A stretch of 64,000 nucleotides of DNA from Eledone cirrhosa (lineage: Eukaryota), in contig CAXHJY010000976.1 of assembly GCA_964016885.1 (NCBI GenBank), forward strand, positions 29,921-93,920, given 5' to 3'. The stretch's first letter is position 1. Each line of letters opens with the position of its first letter. The notes beneath the pieces were generated by a model that was given only the letters and a program-made list of their open reading frames with translations, was not told the DNA's origin and made no database searches. The translations under genes were made by a program, and so were the position numbers. Of this stretch, positions 24,254 through 38,320 are shown piece by piece.

Positions 24254-24624
24254 CATATATATACATATATATACATATATATATATAACATATATATATA
24301 TACATATATATATATACATATATATACATATATATATATACATATATATACATATATATATATATACATATATACATATACATATATATATACATATACA
24401 TATATATATATATATATGTATATATATATGTATATGTATATATATATATGTATATATATATGTATATATATATATGTATATATATATGTATATATATATA
24501 TGTATATATATATGTATATATATATATGTATATATATATGTATATATATATATGTATATATATGTATATATATATGTATATATATATGTATATATATATG
24601 TATATATATATGTATATATATATG

Positions 24625-24703
<79 letters not shown>

Positions 24704-24704
24704 G

Positions 24705-24779
<75 letters not shown>

Positions 24780-24932
24780 GTATATATATATGTATATATA
24801 TATGTATATGTATATATATATGTATATATATATGTATATATATGTATATATATATATATATGTATATATATATGTATATATATGTATATATATATATATG
24901 TATATATATGTATATATATATGTATATATATG

Positions 24933-24968
<36 letters not shown>

Positions 24969-25021
24969 TATGTATATGTATATGTATATATATATATATA
25001 TGTATATATATGTATATATAT

Positions 25022-25053
<32 letters not shown>

Positions 25054-25184
25054 GTATATATATGTATATATATATGTATATATATGTATATATATATATA
25101 TATGTATATATATGTATATATAATATATATATATGTATATGTATATGTATATATATATATATATGTATATATATGTATATATAT

Positions 25185-25215
<31 letters not shown>

Positions 25216-25216
25216 C

Positions 25217-25509
<293 letters not shown>

Positions 25510-25560
25510 ATATATATATATATATAATATATACTATATATATATAATATATATATACTC

Positions 25561-25663
<103 letters not shown>

Positions 25664-25664
25664 C

Positions 25665-25812
<148 letters not shown>

Positions 25813-25817
25813 CATAC

Positions 25818-25853
<36 letters not shown>

Positions 25854-25867
25854 ATACATATATATAC

Positions 25868-25909
<42 letters not shown>

Positions 25910-25915
25910 TATACA

Positions 25916-25947
<32 letters not shown>

Positions 25948-26246
25948 CATATATATACATATATATATATATATATACATAAATATATATACATATATAT
26001 ACATATATATACATATATATATATACATATATATATATACATATATATACATATATATACATATATATATATACATATATATACATATATATACATATAT
26101 ATATATACATATATATATACATATATATATATATACATATATACATATACATATATATATACATATACATATATATATATATATATGTATATATATATGT
26201 ATATATATATGTATATATATATATGTATATATATATGTATATATAT

Positions 26247-26339
<93 letters not shown>

Positions 26340-26400
26340 GTATATATATATATATATGTATATATATATGTATATATATATATATATGTATATATATATG

Positions 26401-26431
<31 letters not shown>

Positions 26432-26468
26432 GTATATATATATGTATATATATATATATATGTATATA

Positions 26469-26515
<47 letters not shown>

Positions 26516-26632
26516 GTATATATATATGTATATATATGTATATATATATGTATATATATGTATATATATATATATATGTATATATATGTATATATATATA
26601 TATGTATATGTATATATATATATGTATATGTA

Positions 26633-26669
<37 letters not shown>

Positions 26670-26718
26670 GTATATATGTAATATATATATATATGTATAT
26701 ATATGTATATATATATAT

Positions 26719-26752
<34 letters not shown>

Positions 26753-26791
26753 GTATATATATGTATATATATATATATATGTATATATATG

Positions 26792-27145
<354 letters not shown>

Positions 27146-27230
27146 CTATATATATATATATATATATACATATCTATATATATACATATCTATATATATA
27201 TATATATATATACATATCTATATATATACA

Positions 27231-27264
<34 letters not shown>

Positions 27265-27308
27265 ACATATATATATATATATATACATATATATATACAT
27301 ATATATAC

Positions 27309-27450
<142 letters not shown>

Positions 27451-27455
27451 CATTA

Positions 27456-27492
<37 letters not shown>

Positions 27493-27500
27493 TATACATA

Positions 27501-27731
<231 letters not shown>

Positions 27732-27736
27732 TAATA

Positions 27737-27996
<260 letters not shown>

Positions 27997-28011
27997 CTAC
28001 ATATATACATA

Positions 28012-28099
<88 letters not shown>

Positions 28100-28106
28100 C
28101 ATATAC

Positions 28107-28697
<591 letters not shown>

Positions 28698-28774
28698 CAC
28701 ATATATATATACATATATATATATATACACATATATATATATATATATATATACGTATATATATATATATATAT

Positions 28775-29179
28775 GTAAAGTTATATTTAAAATTGTTGGG
28801 TTACAACTAGTAAATATTTATAACTGATATAAAAGCACTCGACAAATATTTGGAGTATATTTACAATATTAAATAAATGGAAAACTATATTTATAAAACC
28901 ATATTTATTTCATTATATATATTTCGGGGATATCATATTAACAATATGCTATGCCTTCATCAGACAAAATACAATATAAACAGTTTTATAGATAAATATA
29001 TTCGACATGCCGTAATAAACATCAACTTCATTTGAAGAGGTTTACGCTAGCAGTCCTATAAAACTATAAAACTATTTATCTATAAAACTGTTTATATTGT
29101 ATTTTGTCTGATGAAGGCATAGCATATTGTTAATATGATATCCCCGAAATAAATATAGTTTTCCATTTATTTAATATTG

Positions 29180-29180
<1 letters not shown>
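28775..29180. mobile_element. Inverted-repeat pLTR-like element with hammerhead core
   Basis: 28919-28998 pairs with 29073-29152; CTGATGA AG ...stem II... C GAAA at 29108-29149; outer arms ~28862-28893 / ~29148-29180. Confidence 0.65.
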
Positions 29181-29252
<72 letters not shown>

Positions 29253-29284
29253 GTATGTATATATATGTATATATATATATATAT

Positions 29285-32200
29285 GTGCATGCTACTGTAC
29301 GTCTGTATACATATATGTATGTACGTATACATGCATACTTACATTTAAGTAAGTGCCATACTAAGAGTGAGAAATGAAATTTCGTTTTCATTTTGTTTCA
29401 ATTTATCGTTTTCGGTATGCCTTACCGATTTAACTCACTCAATATGCAAATTAGGCTGCTCAGCCGTTAATTTTCATAAGGAAAGTATATACTTTCGAAC
29501 GTTCAAATATCTGGCAGATGGGTAAACGGTGCTGATGATAGCTAACAAGCTTGAAACTAGTACATCGTTCCTGTGTCAGTGTTGAACAAAAAGGTGACGT
29601 GGTTGCCTTAACACCGTATGGCATAAATTCAGGCTGTTCAGTTTGTTTACAAACGAACAAAGCGACGTTATAATAAGCGCCGCTAAACTGATACGTGCAT
29701 ATATGTATGTGTACCTGTATGCATATGTATATATATATATATATGTGCATGCTACTGTACGTCTGTATACATATATGTATGTACGTATACATGCATACTT
29801 ACATTTAAGTAAGTGCCATACTAAGAGTGAGAAATGAAATTTCGTTTTCATTTTGTTTCAATTTATCGTTTTCGGTATGCCTGACCGATTTAACTCACTC
29901 AATATGCAAATTAGGCTGCTCAGCCGTTAATTTTCATAAGGAAAGTATATACTTTCGAACGTTCAACTATCTGGCAGATGGGTAAACGGTGCTGATGATA
30001 GCTAACAAGCTTGAAACTAGTACATCGTTCCTGTGTCAGTGTTGAACAAAAAGGTGACGTGGTTGCCTTAACACCGTATGGCATAAATTCAGGCTGTTCA
30101 GTTTGTTTACAAGCGAACAAAGCGACGTTATAATAAGCGCCGCTAAACTGATACGTGCATATATGTATGTGTACCTGTATGCATATGTATGTATATATAT
30201 GTATATATATATATATATGTGCATGCTACTGTACGTCTGTATACATATATGTATGTACGTATACATGCATACTTACATTTAAGTAAGTGCCATACTAAGA
30301 GTGAGAAATGAAATTTCGTTTTCATTTTGTTTCAATTTATCGTTTTCGGTTTGCCTTACCGATTTAACTCACTCAATATGCAAATTAGGCTGCTCAGCCG
30401 TTAATTTTCATAAGGAGAGTATATACTTTCGAACGTTCAACTATCTGGCAGATGGGTAAACGGTGCTGATGATAGCTAACAAGCTTGAAACTAGTACATC
30501 GTTCCTGTGTCAGTGTTGAACAAAAAGGTGACGTGGTTGCCTTAACACCGTATGGCATAAATTCAGGCTGTTCAGTTTGTTTACAAACGAACAAAGCGAC
30601 GTTATAATAAGCGCCGCTAAACTGATACGTGCATATATGTATGTGTACCTGTATGCATATGTATATATATATGTATATATATATATATATGTGCATGCTA
30701 CTGTACGTCTGTATACATATATGTATGTACGTATACATGCATACTTACATTTAAGTAAGTGCCATACTAAGAGTGAGAAATGAAATTTCGTTTTCATTTT
30801 GTTTCAATTTATCGTTTTCGGTATGCCTGACCGATTTAACTCACTCAATATGCAAATTAGGCTGCTCAGCCGTTAATTTTCATAAGGAAAGTATATACTT
30901 TCGAACGTTCAACTATCTGGCAGATGGGTAAACGGTGCTGATGATAGCTAACAAGCTTGAAACTAGTACATCGTTCCTGTGTCAGTGTTGAACAAAAAGG
31001 TGACGTGGTTGCCTTAACACCGTATGGCATAAATTCAGGCTGTTCAGTTTGTTTACAAGCGAACAAAGCGACGTTATAATAAGCGCCGCTAAACTGATAC
31101 GTGCATATATGTATGTGTACCTGTATGCATATGTATGTATATATATGTATATATATATATATATGTGCATGCTACTGTACGTCTGTATACATATATGTAT
31201 GTACGTATACATGCATACTTACATTTAAGTAAGTGCCATACTAAGAGTGAGAAATGAAATTTCGTTTTCATTTTGTTTCAATTTATCGTTTTCGGTTTGC
31301 CTTACCGATTTAACTCACTCAATATGCAAATTAGGCTGCTCAGCCGTTAATTTTCATAAGGAGAGTATATACTTTCGAACGTTCAACTATCTGGCAGATG
31401 GGTAAACGGTGCTGATGATAGCTAACAAGCTTGAAACTAGTACATCGTTCCTGTGTCAGTGTTGAACAAAAAGGTGACGTGGTTGCCTTAACACCGTATG
31501 GCATAAATTCAGGCTGTTCAGTTTGTTTACAAACGAACAAAGCGACGTTATAATAAGCGCCGCTAAACTGATACGTGCATATATGTATGTGTACCTGTAT
31601 GCATATGTATATATATATGTATATATATATATATATGTGCATGCTACTGTACGTCTGTATACATATATGTATGTACGTATACATGCATACTTACATTTAA
31701 GTAAGTGCCATACTAAGAGTGAGAAATGAAATTTCGTTTTCATTTTGTTTCAATTTATCGTTTTCGGTATGCCTGACCGATTTAACTCACTCAATATGCA
31801 AATTAGGCTGCTCAGCCGTTAATTTTCATAAGGAAAGTATATACTTTCGAACGTTCAACTATCTGGCAGATGGGTAAACGGTGCTGATGATAGCTAACAA
31901 GCTTGAAACTAGTACATCGTTCCTGTGTCAGTGTTGAACAAAAAGGTGACGTGGTTGCCTTAACACCGTATGGCATAAATTCAGGCTGTTCAGTTTGTTT
32001 ACAAGCGAACAAAGCGACGTTATAATAAGCGCCGCTAAACTGATACGTGCATATATGTATGTGTACCTGTATGCATATGTATGTATATATATATATATAT
32101 ATGTGCATGCTACTGTACGTCTGTATACATATATGTATGTACGTATACATGCATACTTACATTTAAGTAAGTGCCATACTAAGAGTGAGAAATGAAATTT

Positions 32201-32693
32201 CGTTTTCATTTTGTTTCAATTTATCGTTTTCGGTATGCCTTACCGATTTAACTCACTCAATATGCAAATTAGGCTGCTCAGCCGTTAATTTTCATAAGGA
32301 AAGTATATACTTTCGAACGTTCAACTATCTGGCAGATGGGTAAACGGTGCTGATGATAGCTAACAAGCTTGAAACTAGTACATCGTTCCTGTGTCAGTGT
32401 TGAACAAAAAGGTGACGTGGTTGCCTTAACACCGTATGGCATAAATTCAGGCTGTTCAGTTTGTTTACAAACGAACAAAGCGACGTTATAATAAGCGCCG
32501 CTAAACTGATACGTGCATATATGTATGTGTACCTGTATGCATATGTATATATATATGTATATATATATATATATGTGCATGCTACTGTACGTCTGTATAC
32601 ATATATGTATGTACGTATACATGCATACTTACATTTAAGTAAGTGCCATACTAAGAGTGAGAAATGAAATTTCGTTTTCATTTTGTTTCAATT

Positions 32694-32694
<1 letters not shown>
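29285..32694 (+). repeat. Tandem array of seven ~460-474-bp non-coding units, each with one hammerhead ribozyme (retrozyme-like family A)
   Basis: CTGATGA cores at 29532, 29992, 30466, 30938, 31412, 31884 and 32350; units near-identical; flanked by (TA)n. Confidence 0.92.
29525..29569 (+). ncRNA. Type I minimal hammerhead ribozyme (family A, repeated in each unit)
   Basis: AACGGTG CTGATGA T AGCT AACA AGCT T GAAA C TA G TA CATCGTT: stem I AACGGTG/CATCGTT, stem II AGCT/AGCT, palindromic stem III ACTAGT, cleavage triplet GUA. Confidence 0.8.
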
Positions 32695-32737
<43 letters not shown>

Positions 32738-32738
32738 G

Positions 32739-32773
<35 letters not shown>

Positions 32774-32774
32774 C

Positions 32775-32805
<31 letters not shown>

Positions 32806-32892
32806 CATATATATATACATATATATATATATACGTATATACATATATATATATATACGTATATACATATATATATATATATACGTATATAC

Positions 32893-32923
<31 letters not shown>

Positions 32924-32926
32924 CAT

Positions 32927-35102
32927 AAAATACGTATTTAAGAAAGCCACAACAATGCAGAGGGAAATCTCGAGGTAGGAAGTGAAAGATAGATAGGAAA
33001 AACAGGTGAAAGTGAAAATTGAGAGAGACAAAGATGAAAACAAAACAAAGGTAGAAGGGTTACCGTAGTAGAGATTTAATCCCAATATTTCGGGCTCACG
33101 CCCATCAACGGGGGAAAGTTCCAAAAGGGGGGGAACAGGCCAAGCGGAGAAAGTTGTGATGTCGTTAAGACAGGAATGCCGTTATGGGGAGAAAATTATT
33201 TAAAATTTAAACGAGGGAAAGAATGCGCGTGCGCGTGATAGGCTGTGGCAAAAGCTACTGACCAAATGGGTTAAATCAAGAGGGTGCGCTAGCGTGTGAA
33301 AGCCGTAAGATATGTGTGTGTAAATATATATGTGTGTGTAACTGTGTGTGTATAGGTGTGTGTATATGTGTGAGTGCGTTTGTGTGTGAAAGATAGTGGG
33401 CTGTAGAAGCTGGAAATCAAAGGGTGTGAAAGGTGGTAGGTTGTAAAAACATGTGTGCGTGTATAAATAGATGTGTGTGTATGCGTATGGGTATGCATAT
33501 ACGTGCGTGTGTGTGAAGATAGCAGGCCGTAGGCTGTGAATGGTCACTATGGTTAAGTTAGCCATGTCAGCTCATTTCTCTCAGCCCGGTTGTTAAGTGG
33601 GGGTCTGAGGTTCTTAATAACAAGTGCTTCCTTTATCCTTAAGGATCCGATGCTGCGTTCAGTCGCTAGGACTGTGACTAAGGGTCTACCCTGTGGGTTT
33701 CCGCATTTAAGGATGTGTTTACGGAAGGAAGTTGCGTTGGTGTTGATATATTCCTTGATACGAACATGTAGGGGTCGGATGGTGCTACCTATGTAAAACT
33801 TGTTACATTTATCGCATTGAATCTTATATACGACATAGGTGCGTAGGCAATCTGCCCCCCGTATCGGGCAGTTGCTGAGGGAACACGTCCCATCTGACTC
33901 GTCGGGTTTGTTGGAGAGGCATCTTCGCAGCGAAGGTCCTGTGTGGGCCAAATGTATGTCAAGTCCCTCCGTCCGTATGGCCCTGCGGATGGCGTTCGTG
34001 GTATATTCACTCAGGTGGGGGATTTTAAAGAAGCACCTGCTATTATTTAATTTTCTAGTGGGTGTCTGTCTATTGGGTCTGGGGTCTCTAATTCCGTTAA
34101 TCAGTCGCTTGGGATAACCATTAGATCTGAGTAGATTACGGAATTGCGTGGTATGAGTGAGACCACCCATCGGGTCGCTGCATCTGTTAGTGATCCGTGT
34201 CAGTTCATTTAGGACATAGCCTCTCCTAGCGTTGTTGGGGAGGGCTGAGTTATAATGCACAAATAAGTCCTTGCACGCTGCTTTGCGGTAGAAGGTGGTG
34301 TTTATGTCTCCTTCTTCCGAGATGTTGATACGGAAGTCGAGGAGGGCGAGTGACCCGTCTTCTCCTGGGTGTTCGATGGTGAAATCGACGTGATGGTCAG
34401 TATCGTTGAAGATTTGGTGAATTTCATTCGCCATCTCCCGGGAAGAAGTATCAGGATATCATCAACGTATCTGGAGTAGAAGGCGACGGTGTTGGGTTGG
34501 CAGGTATTGAGTGCCTTGCGTTCCAGGTGGTCCATGTACGAGATCGCAAGTATGCCGGACAGACTAGAGCCCATAGGTAGCCCAGAGATTTGTTTGTACG
34601 TGTGGCCGAGGAAATTGAAGAGTGCATTATCCACAACGAAGGAGAGGAGTTGGTGGATGTCCGTGTGTGTGAGTCCGAAGCAGTGTAAGTTAGATGCTCG
34701 GACTCGTTCGGTCAACAGGTCGACAGCTGGGGATGCTGGTACGGAGGTATAAAGGGCGACCACATCAAGACTGAAGGCATAACCGTTGTCCTTTCTGGTG
34801 TTGGGCGCCAGATGGTGTAGTCGCTCCAAGACTTCCTTTGAGCTGCAGACGTGGGCTGGTAGTGTGTGTAGAATAGGTTTCAGTAGTGTGGAGAGCAGCC
34901 ACGATATTTTGTAGAGTGGGCCCTCCACGCTAGAGACAATGGGCCTGATTTTCAAATCGGGTCCTTGTTTATGTGTTTTGACCAGGTTGTAGAAGGTGGG
35001 TAATTTGCTGTTTCGAGTCATTATGTTGTTTTTTACCTTCTTTGGCAGTTTTCGTTGGACACAGATGTTAGTCCATATGGTGTTAATGCCTTCCTCGATT
35101 AG
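32927..35102 (-). mobile_element. 5'-truncated Penelope-like element (RT + C-terminal GIY-YIG), one frameshift
   Basis: RT motifs LVKTHK, IRPIVS, SLDVVALYTSV, GLPMGSSLSGILA, RYVDDIL (34302-35102); frameshift ~34435 into thumb + Cys-rich linker + VVYKIQCDKCNKFYIGST...E...LN (33553-34434); flanked by (TA)n. Confidence 0.93.
33553..35102 (-). pseudogene. Penelope-like RT/GIY-YIG ORF, truncated and frameshifted
   Basis: ORFs 34302..35021 and 33553..34434 overlap in different frames. Confidence 0.88.
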
Positions 35103-35136
35103 AATATATACATATATATATATACATATATATATT

Positions 35137-35174
<38 letters not shown>

Positions 35175-35199
35175 CATATATATATACATATATATATAC

Positions 35200-35256
<57 letters not shown>

Positions 35257-35257
35257 C

Positions 35258-35319
<62 letters not shown>

Positions 35320-35327
35320 TTACATAC

Positions 35328-35360
<33 letters not shown>

Positions 35361-35429
35361 CATACATATATATATATACATATATATATACATACATATA
35401 TATATACATACATATATATATATACATAC

Positions 35430-35512
<83 letters not shown>

Positions 35513-35557
35513 CATACATATATATATATATATATATACATACATATATATATATAC

Positions 35558-35588
<31 letters not shown>

Positions 35589-35689
35589 CACATACATATA
35601 TATATATATACATACATATATATATATATACATACATATATATATACATACATATATATATATATATATACATACATATATATATATAT

Positions 35690-35952
<263 letters not shown>

Positions 35953-35973
35953 CATACATATATATATATATAT

Positions 35974-36042
<69 letters not shown>

Positions 36043-36143
36043 CACATACATATATATATATATACATACATATATATATATATACATACATATATATATA
36101 CATACATATATATATATATATATACATACATATATATATATAT

Positions 36144-36222
<79 letters not shown>

Positions 36223-36576
36223 CATACATATATATATATATATATACATACATATATATATATATATACATACATATATATATATATATATACATACATA
36301 TATATATACATACATATATATATATATATACATACATATATATATATATATATACATACATATATATATATATATACATACATATATATATATACATACA
36401 TATATATATATATATATACATACATATATATATATACATACATATATATGTATATATACATACATATATATATATATATATATACATACATATATATATA
36501 TATGCATATATATGTATATATATATATATACATATATATATATACATATATATGTATATATATACATATATATATG

Positions 36577-36626
<50 letters not shown>

Positions 36627-36628
36627 TA

Positions 36629-37242
36629 TGGTGGCTGCCAACTCGTTTTCGAGTACGGCCACTACTTTATATCCATGTAGGAGAACCCCTACCGATGCGC
36701 TGAACGAGTGTGACTTTTGAGTCCAGCCAGCGGCTTGAAAACTCTGGTACAAACACTACACCTGTGACAATTATTGACACACAGTGCTGGGCCCATGGTA
36801 CCATGTGATGACAAGTGCAGAGAGATCTCCAGATATAAAGCAATGCCTGTGCCGTGAAGCTTTTATAGTGAGCAAAGGCATTGCACAAAGCCAGTCCCAC
36901 TCTCTTAACCAAGATGATATTTACCAAAAAGAAGAACAAGTCAACATCATTGGATACCATCAGGGTTGCAGGTGTTATATCAGAGTTTTCCTTCTCCTAG
37001 AATTCTGCCTTGACAAAGGCTAAGGGGTCATCTCTCCCGGTGATTTTGGAAGGCCATTGACTCTTAAGAGCTCCTTTGCCCTTTGACAGGTTTTGTTTTT
37101 AGTCCTGCAGGATGTCCAAAGTCACCCTCCTCACCAAGAAACCTTGGTGGGGTTGCTAGTTTAGTCGCCAACGACCCGACCATGAGACAGGTTGTACTGG
37201 GATACATGTTACCAGTAGCACCAACTGGTGACCTGACACATT
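36629..37242 (-). mobile_element. 5' UTR region of an RTE-clade LINE
   Basis: Minus strand has CTAGGAGAAGGAAAACTCTGAT, a motif I recall from RTE 5' regions, plus several hairpins; bounded by (TA)n on both sides. Confidence 0.55.
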
Positions 37243-37281
37243 ATATATATATACATATATATATATATACATATATATATG

Positions 37282-37361
<80 letters not shown>

Positions 37362-37395
37362 CATATATATATGTATATATATACATATATATATG

Positions 37396-37487
<92 letters not shown>

Positions 37488-37521
37488 CATATATATATGT
37501 ATATATATACATATATATATG

Positions 37522-37657
<136 letters not shown>

Positions 37658-37886
37658 CTATATATATATATTGATGATGTTTGTTTTTGAAATGCGCATA
37701 ATAAAATATATGGAACTCCTTTAACCATCTTTTGATCTTATATATATATGTATATATATATATGTATATACATATATATATATGTATATATATATATGTA
37801 TATACATATATATATATGTATATACATATATATATATGTATATACATATATATATATGTATATACATATATATATATGTATATACA

Positions 37887-37940
<54 letters not shown>

Positions 37941-37969
37941 CATATATATATACATATATATATATATAC

Positions 37970-38026
<57 letters not shown>

Positions 38027-38032
38027 TGTATA

Positions 38033-38106
<74 letters not shown>

Positions 38107-38251
38107 CATATATATACATATATATATATGTATATATATACATATATACATATATATATACATATATATATATGTATATATATACATATATATATATATG
38201 TATATACATATATACATATATATATACATATATATATATGTATATATATAC

Positions 38252-38308
<57 letters not shown>

Positions 38309-38320
38309 CATATATATATA

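Noticed and set aside
29478-29497. TATA box completing a U6-type Pol III promoter
   Set aside because: The TATA lies at the centre of a palindrome whose counterpart in family B is a longer covarying hairpin, so RNA structure is at least as likely; not called as a feature.
29285-32694. Repeated ORFs (MKTKFHFS..., MYTYIHIC...) or a CRISPR-like array
   Set aside because: The ORFs change frame between units with TA length; units are wholly repeated with no unique spacers; eukaryotic context.
37670-37740. 70-bp unique island in (TA)n
   Set aside because: Too short to classify; may be residual host sequence or a truncated element end.
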